A DNA stretch of 61,858 nucleotides, the filler included, from Aduncisulcus paluster (lineage: Eukaryota), in assembly GCA_024181965.1 (NCBI GenBank). It is 5 parts of 5 records of this genome, joined end to end, with 100 filler letters (N's around TTAATTAATTAA, not from the genome) between each part and the next. Parts side by side here need not be neighbours in the genome. Positions count along the whole stretch, not along the records: positions 40,323 to 58,192 come from BQXS01011248.1; positions 58,293 to 61,858 come from BQXS01011251.1; 3 more parts are not named here. The stretch is one strand, 5' to 3'. Position 1 is the first letter of the stretch; every line of letters begins with the position of its first letter. The notes under the pieces were generated by a model, which saw nothing but the letters and a program-made list of their open reading frames with translations, did not search any database and was not told where the DNA came from. The position numbers were made by a program, and so were the translations under genes. This document shows positions 44,824 through 59,061 of the stretch, in pieces.

Positions 44824-47800
44824 TCACTCGAAAATCCATTTCCCTCTAATTTCTTCTTCCAGACCTTCATATAACTCTTCAAATCTTCTTTGGAGAGGTT
44901 CCAGATCCTCTACTTCCCATTGAGATATTTCAAATAATCCATCCTTCACGACACGGAGCTGATTCTTCACAGCTTGTGCAACAGAACGATTATTCTCATT
45001 TTCTTTCGGATTATAGAATTCATCAGATTCTTTAAGAATGGGAAATGCCAACATTAATCGTTTAGTTCCACCATTTACGGCAGCATCAAGAATGCCGGAA
45101 ATTCTTCGAGTCAAATCGGAGATCTCGCTGGAATGTTCATGCAGATGAGCGTTGAGTTTTTCGCGTTTCTTTCTCGCAAGTAATATTGATTGGCTTAGCG
45201 TTTCTGTCGTTTCATTTACATTTAAAATGGCAGTTTCAAAAGGTTCAAAAAGAATTGTGATTTTTTCCACGACTTCTGCCACCCTTTTGAGACCCGGCAA
45301 AGGTTGTTTAAGTACCAAGAGCGTCAGGGAGGTTACTAATGACTGTGTAATATGGATATCTTTCAGAGGGATATCACGATCACTGATTCCTTTGATTTGA
45401 CTTGATGAAAGATGCTTCTCTTTCTTTTTGGTTTTCTCACTTCTTAGGGGAACGGTGGGGCTTGACCTCACGTGTTGCACTTGGTAATAGGATGTAGATG
45501 GAACATCCCTTGTCCATTTCTCTGAACAAGCCATTATTGAGAACTGGCCAAGACATCCATCTCCCCTTTCATGAGATATAGAGACGCTCTCACAGTCAAT
45601 GTAATGACGGATCGTATCAAGAATCACTCTCATCTCCGATTCTTTGTCATCTTTCAGAACACACCGTCTATCTGAAGTTGACCGTTTTGATTTTTGGTGA
45701 AGGATTTCTTCACCACTCGAAGAAGAGAATGATCTTGATGTTGCAAGGCCTTCTGATCTGGATTCTGGCGAATTCTTAATGTGCTCAACAATATTCATTC
45801 GACAAATATGATTAAGGGAGCATCCAGGCAACATTGTTGAAGGACATTGCTTACATTCGAGGGAATATTTCTTCTCCGAATAACTTAACAGATCGAACAC
45901 ATGAGAATGGGTCAACGATCCGAATAGAGACATTTTGATGGGTTCAAACTCAACATTCTCACGTTCTAAAAGTAGAGATAACAATTGAGTAATTGGGAAG
46001 GGAGTAACACAGGCAACTTTTAAGTGATTTTTCAGTCGTTTTCTCGGTGAATTGGGAATCCGTGAATCATTTTGAAGTAGCAATTTCTTCTTTTCCTCCA
46101 TTCTCTTTTCTTCCTCCATTTTCTCTTCCTCAGACATTTTCATTGAGAAATTTGACACTTCATATCCTTTCGCTCTAATATCCTCTACAACTTCGGTGAG
46201 CTTTTCGTTGCTCCTACCTCTCCCAACGAATATCTTCAGACATGGCGATTGCTCTGCTTTTGCTTGACCGCATGGATCGTCACTGAATGTCAATGGGACA
46301 CTTCCAAGGTCAAGGCAGAACAGGAAGAAAGGGTGAGGCAATTGAAGGGCGTGGTTAGGGATGAACAGGGTTGATGGAGTGAATGAATGAGACATCATTG
46401 CTTGGGATGGGACAAGAGAGAGATGCCGGAGTTCATGGAGGCATTTGCACATGCGTTGGGATAGAGCGTGGGCCTCATCAAGGTCGAAAGATGACACGGA
46501 CACATCTACAAGTGAACGAAGAATATTGAATGCGGGGGCAAATGACTTGGCTTCCATAAATATGGCAGCCGCTTGTGACATGAGAATGTTTTTGTTTTTC
46601 TCAAGTTCTACAAGTTTGGGGGCAATGGATACTTCGTCCAACCCAAGAATTTCTTTGGTGCTGGTGGATCTACGAGCTTGAGACATACTCGATCGTTCCT
46701 TGTCTGTGAGTTTATCAGTCAAAAGAAGACCCACAAGCTGGGTGACATGGGCAGTCTCGAGAAGATTAAGATGTCTCTTCTGGGTGAACAATAGAATAAA
46801 CAGATACTTGTCACGTTCCTCAAATCTCTCAGTTCGGTGGAAAAAGGATATCAATGAGAGCAAGGTATCAGAGATGGCATGAATCGATTGAATTCCAAGA
46901 ATAGTTTGTGAGAAAGAAGAATCTTTATCTTTTGAAGAAGAGGAAGAGGAAGAGGTAGAACTTAAGCATAAGGCAGAATGAGACAAAGAGGAGAGAGAGG
47001 AGCAAGTAGGTATAGAAAAAGGGAGAGAACGAATCTTAACAACTTTTTTAAACCATATCATAAGACGATCTGCAATGGAATCCAGGATTGCTTCATTGGC
47101 ATTTCCAACACTAACCTCTTCACTAGACCTATCTTTTTCCTCACTTCTCTCAAGCTCCCTCCGTTCACGCTCAGATTGTGCCTTTTCCTTGATGGTTTGA
47201 CAGAGTTTCTCGGCAAACTCGAATCCGATTCCTTCTACTTCGCAGAGAACATCCAAGGATGAGCAAGCTCTTGCTACACCTTTGTCGGCATTGCCCAAAT
47301 ACACGCACAGGGACAAAGCTGAAAACAAGACACATGTAATGATGTTGTTAACACTTGGCCATTGAATGATAGAACATCTCACACATTTCTGAACTATCCA
47401 TTCACATAAAGATATTCCACACCCGGCAGAGACACACGTATCCCAGGCATCGACAAGAATGTTTCCAAGTGCGAGAGATATTGTGTATGAAATGGGAGTA
47501 GTTTTAAAGGCTTGTAGGGTAATGAGATTGTTGAACAGGATGGAGAATAGGAATCTGAATGATGGTAATAGTTGGTGCGAGTGGAAAGAACTTGATGTAT
47601 GTACAATAATATTACTGTTACTCTCACTACGCCGCTTGAAAGAAGAGGAAGCATTGATACCTAGTCCATCTGGATTAATGATGAACGAGGAATCTTTGTT
47701 TGAGGAATCTTTGTTTGAGGTNNNNNNNNNNNNNNNNNNNNGAGTAGTTTTAAAGGCTTGTAGGGTAATGAGATTGTTGAACAGGATGGAGAATAGGAAT

Positions 47801-50800
47801 CTGAATGATGGTAATAGTTGGTGCGAGTGGAAAGAACTTGATGTATGTACAATAATATTACTGTTACTCTCACTACGCCGCTTGAAAGAAGAGGAAGCAT
47901 TGATACCTAGTCCATCTGGATTAATGATGAACGAGGAATCTTTGTTTGAGGAATCTTTGTTTGAGGTTGCTAAAGGTAAACGAGAATCCCAATCTCCTGA
48001 AGTTTTGTAAAGCTTACTATCGATCATAGCCTTGAATTCTTTCCATACTTCTTGCATAACAAGTTGAATCGTGTGAAGGAAGGAAATATTCATAATTCTC
48101 CATTGGTGTGAAAGACGGAGAGATGATGTAATGATGTTGACACATCCAAGAAATACTTCAAATTGAGGAGAAATACAATCTTCTTGTGAAGCAAATACAT
48201 CAATAGACTCACTAAATGGACGGAAATTGGAAGACTTTTCACTGTCGATTGTGCTCAACAGAGAGATCGGGATATTGAAAAAGAGGAACGTTTCCTTCAT
48301 TTTCATAATGTCAGACATCACCGAGAAGGACCCAGCCTTGAGTGACAATAGACGTTGCATTACTGTACATAAGGCAGACAACAAACAATAGTCAACATTC
48401 AGTTGGTTAGCTTTGACCACATCCCTAAAAGCATCTTGTTGATGGTCATGGTGATCATGGCTTGAATCCGTGTCATGAATGTCGCCCAACGAGTGTTTGT
48501 GATGTGAGGAAGAGTGAGGAGAAGAAGAACAACCGACAGTGGATGAGCATGAACAAACACGACTCTTTGAAATACACTTCTTATCGATGATATGACGAGT
48601 GGATGCACACAAACAAACAGGTAGAAGTGTGAGAAGGAGCTTACGGCGCCTGGCAGCAAGACAGAACATCTGGAGCACACTGACACCCTCATACCAGTAC
48701 CACCGAGACTTTAGGAAATATTTCAGAACCGACAGAATAAGGGGAAATGTTGAGTCACAAAAAATAGAATGCGAGTCGAAATGAGATGCATGGACGAAAT
48801 AATTCGATCTAGAAAGCTGTAATAAACAGTAGAGGGCTTCATATTTACAGTGTTTGCGTGTTTTGTGACTCTTTGAAAAGGATCCAACAGCCAGTGAATG
48901 CTTTGGAATGTATACCAAATGACTATCATCTCCCAAATAGACTCCTAGATTGAGCTTTGTGACATCACCATTAACAATGAGATCATCATGCTTTGGAGGT
49001 TGCGAAGCCGATGCTTGTGAGAGATCGAAGAAAGATGAAGAGGAAGAAATGAATTGGGAAGAAGATGGTGACTCTTGAAGCGTGGGCAAAGAAGAGAATG
49101 ACTGGCTTCTTGTCTCTCTCCCACTAATTTCTGGGGAGAAAAAGTCATCTTCACGGCTGAATCTCTGTCTGGATCCAACGGACAAATGCTCATTCTCTTC
49201 CTCTTTCTTCAATAAAGTATTGACATTCAGCCCAGCGATTCTCAGAGTGGCTGTGAGAAGATCACTGACAAACACGACCACACAGGGTGAAGGATACAGG
49301 TAGGAAAGTGCATTCAACAGAGTGGAGAAGTCAAAGGAAGAAGAGGAAAAGGCTGCGAACGTCCATTTTTCCTCACTGCTCATGGCAATCGCTGCTAAGA
49401 TATTGAGACATGTTGTGATATACATATAAGTATTCAATATCACATGAGAGACTCTTATAGAATCAGGTGGAACAACCGAGGAACTAGAACTGGACATAGT
49501 TGTACTGGGAGGAAGTTCACTGGAACTATCAGGGGAAAGGAGAATAGCTTTCAAAAATATCAAGAAGGACTCATTGATCGGAGTCAGTGTTGTGTCAATC
49601 CCACACTGCTCGACTATTTTTAGAAACGGAAGAGATTCCGATAATGGATTTGACTCAGGATCTCCGTGTTGTTGATCAACAGAGGCAGATCTAGATCCTT
49701 GATCCATTTCTTTATCATCAGGTTTGACTTCTTGCTGGTGGTGCTGAGATATGGCAGTAAGATAATCCTGAGGAGTGTAATCTTGGTCACAGTCTGATTT
49801 TCGACATAGTCTCAAAGGATTGACAGTTGTGACACCCTCACAGAGACCTTCACAAGCTGCGACCAGATGTTTGATGCTTTCCACAGACTCTGACGGAAGA
49901 GATTCAAACCATTTCACCCACTGCAACTGATCATCCATCGAGACAACACCAAGATAGTTTACCCGATCACTCCATTTTGTGTGCCGAAGTCTCTGTTTGG
50001 CCTTATTAAGCCGTAGGAAGAGAGGGGGGACAGAAGAACGAGGGAAAAATGAGAGTAATAGCATACAATCGGACCAATCTAGCTTAGAGAAGTTATCAAA
50101 GGATATTTTCGTGCAAAGAGAGTCGCGCGTGGTCGTATCTTGACCTTCATTTTCTTCATCTTCATTTTGATCTTCAAAATCAGGATTGGCTATTTTTAGA
50201 TCATCGAAATCTGAATTGTCGCTGGAATATTCAAGTTCAGACCGATATTCGGATCTATATTGATGTATTCTCGACCAATGCTTCTTGTCAGCCTCATTTG
50301 CATCGCCATACTCTCCTTCTTCACTACCATCAGAGGAATGTGTATCTACGTCATCGATAAGCTCTCTTTCTTCGATCCATAGACTTCCATCGTGTTGTCT
50401 ACGCCTCTGTTGTTGACGCTGTTTATGTTTCATCTGACGTATTTTCCTTTCTTTCTTAACACTATCCAGAATTTCTTTCGTCATAATCCATTGTCGCCAC
50501 CCTAACAACTGAACAATGCACTCACACACGGGTCCAATTGCGCACAACACGCAGATAGAATCATAGTTGGATAGTACAATGGATTGATTAGATGAAGAGG
50601 AAGAGGAAGATGAAGAGGAAGAGGAAGAGGAAGAAGAGAGAGGAGGAGAGAGGATGGAAGTATGACTATTCTTTCTAGAGGGAGATATTCTCAGTGTCTT
50701 TGTGAACTCAGATATATCAAGACCCCCATTTGAACCACATTGACAACACAGGTCACACATGGACTGAGATAATGTTTGGGGAAGAAGCAAAGAGAACGAA

Positions 50801-53800
50801 GAAGAAGAAGAAGAAGAAGAAGAAGAAGAAGAAGAAGAGGATGGAGAACACGACGAGAGTCCTACACTTTCAAGGATTGTTGATAATGAAAACAATGGAT
50901 GATGTGGTTCTCCTGAGAATATCTTCCCCCTTCGATCACTAGGAAAGGAGGACAAAGCTGTCAGTGAAGATGAAGTGGATCCCCCAGAAAGCTTCGTAAA
51001 ACCATGGATAACATGACAGAGTAAAAGGAACAAAACATTATGGGCCTGGCGATGTGCTGTGTGATTCAAACAATTGAGAGATAAAAGACGGAGAATACTA
51101 GCAATAAGGAAAGGAGAAAGCCTATTCATATGGTGAATGGAAGCTTTAAGTGCTTGTTTACATGAGACAACGATTGAATTGGCCAGCAAACGTGATGCTG
51201 ATGTCACAGAAGAGACAGTTGGCTGACCAATCGGCGAGATGGATGAAGGAGAAGGCACTGACGAGACTGCTTCTCTCGGAGAAACGGGAGGCGAAGGAGA
51301 GAGAGAGAGAGAAGGAGAGGAACTGCCAACACTCACGCCTTCACACTCTTTCAAAAATACATCCACATCGTCACTATCGCAGAAACTCTCCTCTTCCTCG
51401 ATGGACAAGGCAGCAAAACGATTCTGAGTATTTCGAACGTTGGATTTCATTTTTGTTCTAATTGTTGGTACCCTTTCTCTCTTTTCCTTGGACTTTTCAC
51501 TCCGTGACCGACCAATGATAAATTCGTCGAGATCATTGACAAAGTGTGCCAAGTGTAACAATGAGGCTACTCCCTTATTTGTGCTCAAGGGACCTCCACA
51601 AATACTCCTTGTGACCTGGCATGATATTTTGAGCATTGTTTTATGTGACATTCTAGACGGGGAGGACACAGAAGGAATGGTTGACATACTTATCGGGGAA
51701 GTAGCAGAGATGATCAAGGGCGATGGAGATGAATGGGTGTATACAGATGGGAGAGAGGTAATTCCATTGAAGAAAGGCAGCACGGATGGAGAGACGAGAG
51801 GTTCAACAAAATCATACTCCCCAACCCCATCCTTACTGGACTGGCGATACTTAAAGAATCTAAAGGAGCTAACACTTGGTGACAGAATAGGGGCATGTGC
51901 AAGGAGAAATAGGGGGAGTTTGCTGGAAATGGAGTGGTAATCGAATTGTAAGGATGAATCTGAGTCTAATTCACAGAACAAGGGAACACTTCCTATACCT
52001 ATGGAATCAATACGATCTTCCCGGATAACGCCCAAACATATCTGCAAATGTACTCCAAAACGATGGCATAGCAACACATCTGACATGAATGGAGAGATAT
52101 GTTGAGGATCGTTCGGGAGAAGGAGAGATTGCTGAGAGAAAGTGGGAGATGACATGAGCCATGATCGAATCTCTCTGGCTATTCTCTCAATACTGACAGA
52201 CACACACACACATGAAGAGGTCGAGGAAGAAGCACTGCAGGCCATGTGATGCTTTGAAGAGGAAAGAGCTGTCGAGGGAAGAGGTAAGAAAGCTTCAGAG
52301 ATAAGCTCTGTCTTTGGATTGTTTATACCAATAACATTGGGAANNNNNNNNNNNNNNNNNNNNGAGAGATTGCTGAGAGAAAGTGGGAGATGACATGAGC
52401 CATGATCGAATCTCTCTGGCTATTCTCTCAATACTGACAGACACACACACACATGAAGAGGTCGAGGAAGAAGCACTGCAGGCCATGTGATGCTTTGAAG
52501 AGGAAAGAGCTGTCGAGGGAAGAGGTAAGAAAGCTTCAGAGATAAGCTCTGTCTTTGGATTGTTTATACCAATAACATTGGGAAGGACAAGTCCATTGAC
52601 ACATACTACCTTGACAGATACTATGTTCTTACCTACAAGCGTGCTTTTCCCATTCTTAGCACCAGGAAGAGGAGTAATGGTGGGTTTGTGAACATGTATT
52701 TGAAAAGACATGACAGAATGGGACAGAGAGATTGGGAGAGTGAAGGGAAGAGGAGAGAGTGGGAACAATGGCAACAAAATATCTTTCAGAGTGGTATGTG
52801 TTTGCTTGACAGCTGCTCTAAAGCTCTGTGGCAATGGAAGCAGGGGATTATTATTTGAAAAGTAAAACGATGGAACTTTCGGCTTGAAAGATGGGGCGAT
52901 TGAAAGCGAAATAGGGAGGGTGAAAGATGAGGAAGATCTAAATGAAGAAGACATTGTGGATGACACCGAGAGAAGGCTTTTAATGATGCCATCATGGAGA
53001 CTATTGCACAACATGAAGCGTTGATGGAGACGGGTGAAAGAAAATGATGAATGGCAGGCCTGGAGAACCAAAGAATGTGAAAGTGGGACGACAGAGACTG
53101 CAAAGATGCGAGAGAGAGGAGGAGTGATTGAAGGGACAGACGAAGGAATTAACAATTGAATAAGAAGAAACATTGGCACACTTCTCAGGAAAGAAGAGGA
53201 AGAGGACGAAGGCTGGGGAGGCAAAGATGAACGAGAACCATCTCTATTATTCACAGGTCTTCCTGCTTTTCCGGCATACTCTTTATCGGAATCAAACATC
53301 GAAGATCCAATTTTCTTCGGTTTTTGACGATTTGAAGAAGAGAATCCCAACCCTCTTTCTCTTGGCGCTTTTTCTTCATTTGTACTCCCACCATTGTCTC
53401 CCTGATATTGCTGACTAGAACTCTTTTTGTTGATATATTCCTGACGTTGTTGTTGAGAAGTGAGGACAGAAACAGGGATAAGCGGGAATACGACTCCTTC
53501 TTCTCCCCATACAGTGGCGCCAGTGTCACCACGCTTTCTAACCTTAATCGAGCTCGTCTCAGAGTGTGTTGATAAAAATCCTCGGTGATTCACACACATG
53601 GTGATTCTGATTTCACACTCGGTGAGACCATATGTAGTGAATAGAGGGCTGAAGAAGGAATGTTCTGAGTGAGTATGCATTGATGATGATTGAGAGAAAA
53701 TTGTGGAAAAGGATTGACCTTTGAAGCGTTTGGATGATTGCCTCGAGGAATTATTCGAACTTCCTTCCTCAGACTTTCCACTTGTGGAATCAGCTCCCTT

Positions 53801-54685
53801 AACATATCTAAAGCTGTATCTTCCTCTTGTTTCATCTGTTGGTCGTTTTGATGGGTGTTTGGATTCGGCTATTACCCTTTTCTTTTCATCTCCCAGCAAT
53901 AAAGTTATATCAAAATGTTGATGGGGAAACATGTAATATCCAATATCTTCTTTCATTTCTGTATATGTGTCAACTGCTGTATGGAAAAATGGAGGAATTC
54001 GAGGCGTCCATCGAGAAGAAGAGAGGAAATAGTTCCTTGGATCACACAAGGAGTGCATAAGGAACAATAACGAAGGATCTTGCGTATGAGTTAGACAAGT
54101 ACCTTGCTTTTCTCGCTTTGTGATGTGTAATGGCGATAATTGAAGGATATCTGATGTAGAATGGACGACAGAAAGAGGATATATAATTCGGGGATATAAT
54201 CCACATATTTCATCTCCATTCCATATTAACGAGGATATTCCAGTAATATGATGAGGAGATACGGCATTTTTAGAGGATTTGACACGATTGGAAGCCTTTT
54301 TTAGGAGATCTATGAGAGCTACAATAAGGGTAGAAGCTACAGAATCTTGCATCATCATCGATGGAGACACCCAATCAGATATAATTTTAGCAATAGTTAT
54401 TTGCAAAGGATGTTTTGGAGCTTGGGATTCACCAGAAGATAAACCTTCGGCAGACAAAATAGAAAAGCATGAGGAGAGAAAAATACCTTTCCTATCCGGG
54501 CGTTTTCCTTTGTTATTTAAGGACAAAGCATAAACATAATTCTTATCAGTCGAGATGTGTGTGATAACAACAATTTCATCACGATGAAATTTTGTTTCGC
54601 CATCAGGGACTGATATTGCCATTTCAATACATGCCGCAAGTATTTTTTGGCTTATCCATGCATTTTTTGTTGTACTCATGGACAT
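44824..54685 (-). CDS. DOCK-family Rho/Rac GEF with N-terminal SH3-like and C-terminal DHR-2 domains; about 3124 aa after collapsing two gap duplications
   Basis: DHR-2 signature PLPGLKRVAEV...EPFETAI...ISGILDAAVNGG, and SH3-like FHRDEIVVI...RKGIFLSSCFSIL. The two ORFs join in frame once the duplicated flanks of 52344..52363 and 47722..47741 are removed. Confidence 0.85.
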
Positions 54686-55536
54686 GGAGGTTTGCTACCG
54701 AGGGAAAACTGCATTTCATCGTGGACGTTTTTATCTCTTAGATTAATAACAATAATAATGGAATTTTACAAGATTTTCTTCAGTGATAATCTATATTATT
54801 ACCATATTCTTGATGAGATTGCTTTATATCGTGTGTTAGGACAAATTCTCATTTTTGGTTATCAGAAACCTATTAGCCAATTGTTCCGAATAACCAGAGG
54901 AATAACATAATTAATTTGTAAAGTGTATTGTTTATTGCGTCCGAAACAGAGTCTGAGAACAAAAAAAAAGGAGAATTCCAATGGAGGCGAGAAGAGTACC
55001 TAAAAAGTACGAAACCGCTGAACGAGAAAAAAATAGAGAAATGATGGATAATAAAACGATNNNNNNNNNNNNNNNNNNNNATTAGCCAATTGTTCCGAAT
55101 AACCAGAGGAATAACATAATTAATTTGTAAAGTGTATTGTTTATTGCGTCCGAAACAGAGTCTGAGAAAAAAAAAAAAGGAGAATTCCAATGGAGGCGAG
55201 AAGAGTACCTAAAAAGTACGAAACCGCTGAACGAGAAAAAAATAGAGAAATGATGGATAATAAAACGATGGGCAAGTGCCGATAATACGAAATCGAAGTT
55301 TCCAGGAAAAAAAGATAACAATATATCCAATTGGATCGGAAAACCGAGAAAACAAAAATAAAGAGTTGATTGATCAAAAGAAGAAGAGGAAAATGCAAAA
55401 TATATAGAAATTATTAATTTCTATATGTTATTAACTAAACTTTGGTGTTCAAATACTAATAAATACCGATAATATAAAATAAAAGCACAATCATGCCAAC
55501 TAATTGTTAGTTTAACAAAGTGGTGAGCAAAAGCTG

Positions 55537-56214
55537 TTACATTCCTTTAGATTCCATGTTTTTGGTCCCCTTACAGAGAGAAATGATCTTAGAATGGGGA
55601 ATTCCAACACTACGTCCATAAGCCATGGCATATTGATGAATGAACTTTGGAAGTCCGTTCTTACGCCATGTTAAGAGACGTTTCTCCATATCTTTGTGGG
55701 AAAGGTGCATATATTTGGCAATAGTCGAAAGGTCGGAAGAAAAGGCAAAGTAATGGAGATACCAGGTCACAAGTAATTCTAAATCACATGAAGGAATCGG
55801 TCTCTTGGACTCTTCTAATATTTTAAGTTGCTTGGTCTGGCGGATAGACATGGCAAGCTCATCTTGAGCCAGTTGATGGAGAACGTAATCATATGTTTGA
55901 CAAAAAATAGAACTTGAAAGGTGGTTGGCAAGCTTAGAGGGAGAAACATCCGATGATTTCAAAAAAGGAGAACTAATTAAGGTCGATAAGACTTGAGATG
56001 AGGCAGGAAAAGAAAAGGACAATGAACTCGAACATAAGGGTTCGTCTACTTGTTCAAAAGTTTGTATATAATCAGAAGTATCACTACAGACAGAGGATAT
56101 GAATTGAGATGGAGATTGAGGGGAGGAAGGGGATAGAGTTGATTCCTCGGAAATAACACCCAATTCCAAAGGAAAGATGGGTGAAGATTTAATTGATGCA
56201 GAGATGTTAATCAT
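55537..56214 (-). CDS. Hypothetical protein with a possible degenerate homeodomain-like helix-turn-helix
   Basis: 225-aa ORF with coding-like composition; C-terminal KRPIPSCDLELLVTWYLHY...IAKYMHLSHKDMEKRLLTWRK. Confidence 0.62.
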   Translation of the reverse strand: MINISASIKSSPIFPLELGVISEESTLSPSSPQSPSQFISSVCSDTSDYIQTFEQVDEPLCSSSLSFSFPASSQVLSTLISSPFLKSSDVSPSKLANHLSSSIFCQTYDYVLHQLAQDELAMSIRQTKQLKILEESKRPIPSCDLELLVTWYLHYFAFSSDLSTIAKYMHLSHKDMEKRLLTWRKNGLPKFIHQYAMAYGRSVGIPHSKIISLCKGTKNMESKGM

Positions 56215-56577
56215 TATTTACAAACTAAGATAAAAGGAGTGGGATAATCCAAACAAAAAGCTTCGGTTCAGAACACCTACCTGAATCGTTTGTTCATCCA
56301 TCATTGGAACATTAAATCAGCATTTTAAAAATAATTTTAAATGTTATAGGCATTTATGATTCGGTTTTGAGGAAAATTATTGAATTTTAATTTATTATTG
56401 AAGAGATAAAATCTATCTTTACAATGAGATTACTTTTTCAGTAATAAATATAAATATGCGAAATATTATGATATTTTAAGTGCCTTTTAAATATTTTCTG
56501 AAGCATTTACTTCCGAAATAACACTAATCTTAAAATATTGCTCTGATGCTTCTGTATTAAACTTAATTCCTATTTTA

Positions 56578-58192
56578 ATGGAAGAATATCAAAATATAAT
56601 ATTACGTCTATATTTTGAGCAAATTGATAAAGCTGATGAACTAAATTTGACGACATTTTTAGAAAATATCTTTACAACCGATGTACTTGATTTATCAAGA
56701 ATATATTTTACGGAAAATGTTGTGGCAACGTATATTATTCCTCTTATAAAGAATGAATACTTTCAATCGAAGATTAGACGAGTTATATTTCCTGAGTCAT
56801 TTCAATGTATGCCCGGGAGTTCTGCCTTTGATTATAATGGAAATCGGATTTACTCTGTATTTCCAAGTCGATATCATGCCCCTCCTCTGTGTTTACTGCT
56901 CGAACTACTTATTCGATTGTACGACATTAGAATTTCCAGTTTACGGACACTTCTCTGGAAAAAATATGGCCCTATGGATGACAATGACCTCATTGATGAT
57001 TCCATTCTTTCTAATGCATTTTCATTTTCGGATTCACATCGTGTTCTCGGGATGTATTGTGACAACTACAATTCTGGATTACTAGCCATGAAGAGCTATA
57101 GTGTGTTTCTTATTCAAATGAAGAGTATGCTCATGCTTCGGACTGTTGATATCCATTCGGGAAGTTCCAAAATTGTTCGAAGGCCATCATGTTTAGTTGA
57201 GAAGGCTGGAATGCACACTCCTTATGTTGGTAGTGTTGAGATTCCATCTTACGTTCAGGGGAATTTTTTGTATCCTTTTCTATTTGCAGTGCTTTCTATC
57301 GGGATAACTCTGAACTCGGGGCTTGCCTTGCAATTTGGGAAGTGTTATTTCAAAGCAGATCATTTGGCTTTAAAAACATCTATTCATACACCTAAACCCT
57401 TTACTTCTGATCGGATTCTTTCTGTTCACTCAATTCGAAACATTATTATTCCTCCGAGTTTTCCATCCCATCTATATGAAGCTATCTATTCTTCTCATAT
57501 CCATCTCTACATGAAAGAATTGAGTGAGGAAATGGTCCTTCATTCTTTTTTTGAGCAGGCAAGAAGACATGCTATCTTGCGACGAGTCGAATTATCTAGC
57601 AGTGTTCCTCTGCAATATAAGAGAGTTATTTCAGTAGCTTCACAGATTGAGAGTGGTGCTGATGATTCTGTTTCGGTGAGTCGAAGGAGTCAAATTCCAA
57701 CAATCACATTCCCTGTGATGCATGAATCTAAATATTTCAATTTAATTTCTACTCCATCGAGTCTGTTCCATCGAGATGGCATTCATCCTAATACTCTCAC
57801 ATCTATCAATAAGTCAATTCCCAAGACAAATGGGATAATATTTGCAGAATATGAACCACATATCATCACTCCAATTGGTCTCTTGGACTTTACTATCAGC
57901 CATATTATGTATGGGAGTTCCAAATCTCGGCCGCATTCTGAGGAATCTCTATTTATGGAACAACATGGAAATTGGTCCAAAATTAGATCGGCATTAACTG
58001 TTCCAAATATCACACCGGATATTGAAAATATCTTAATAACTTTAAAGAGTTGGTATTGGATTGAAATTGAACGCTATTCCTCTTTCCAGCAAACTATCAT
58101 TGAGAGTGGTGTTGATTTGTTTAGCCCTGAGTATGTTGCTGCCTTGGATTCATATGAGCCTTTTTCCTTTGTTTCACCATACTCCTTGTATC
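56578..58192 (+). CDS. Hypothetical protein; 3'-truncated by the linker
   Basis: About 538 stop-free codons from ATG to the gap. No motif recognised. Confidence 0.72.
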
Positions 58193-58292
58193 NNNNNNNN
58201 NNNNNNNNNNNNNNNNNNNNNNNNNNNNNNNNNNNNTTAATTAATTAANNNNNNNNNNNNNNNNNNNNNNNNNNNNNNNNNNNNNNNNNNNN

Positions 58293-59061
58293 CGATAGAA
58301 TTAACAGTTTTTGTTGAAACAACACATAAATGGGAACTTCTTGGAATCAAAACTTTGAATATGCATCGTTTCCGCAGGAGCTGTGCTTGTGGAAGCGCCG
58401 AGAGAATAAAATCAAGGAATCCATGGACAACAAACGAGGAAGGAGTCTCTCCAGGATGAACTCTACCACTGATATAGACAATACTCTTACGCATGGATAT
58501 AGGGGTTGAGGGGTCTGTGATTGTCAGGAGATCAACCTTTCGCTTCATGACAGATAGACAGAGTGTTGATCGAGACAAGTGGGGGAGAGAAACGCTCTCA
58601 AGACGAGTCAAGAATCGCTGTAGCATCGTATAAGTATATGGGAAACACAATGCAAAGAAATACTCGTCACGGGGTAAGATCATCAAATTTAATTAATAGG
58701 GAAACAATTGGATTAGATGTCGTGTCTTTGTGAATGGGTGGAGCTATAATAAAAAAACTTGTGAACTTGGGATTCGTTCCCAGGTCGGACGGGATGAACA
58801 ACGAATAAGAGGTGTGAGGCCAAGTCTCATTAATGTTTTAACTTTTGAAAATTTTATAATATTTAATAGGTAAGGCTGGGTTATCATTACATTCGTTACT
58901 CAAAAATAGAACCACAATTTAGGGGGGTCATTAGAGGTATCTGATCGAACACATATATCATATACACTTTCGCCAGCTCTGGAAACACTCCCAACATTAC
59001 CACTTTCAAATTGAGCTCCGATTTTTAGCTCTTTCGTGGCATAGTGGGTTGAAGATGACAT
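58293..59061 (-). pseudogene. AGBL4: Cytosolic carboxypeptidase of the AGBL4/CCP6 type with in-frame stops and compensating frameshifts; pseudogene or low-quality consensus; 3'-truncated
   Basis: From ATG 59061: AQFESGN, LWFYF*VTNV, SRPTWERIP, YFFALCFPYTYT, VDLLTIT, ISGRVHPGETPSSF. Stops: TGA at 58902..58900, TAG at 58746..58744 and a further TAA in the same frame. Confidence 0.75.

Noticed and set aside
56227..56304. Possible upstream exon MMDEQTIQ with a GTAGGT donor for gene 55537..56214
   Set aside because: The nearest TTAG acceptor gives an immediate stop, and the only in-frame acceptor is a poor GAG. It cannot be supported without RNA data.
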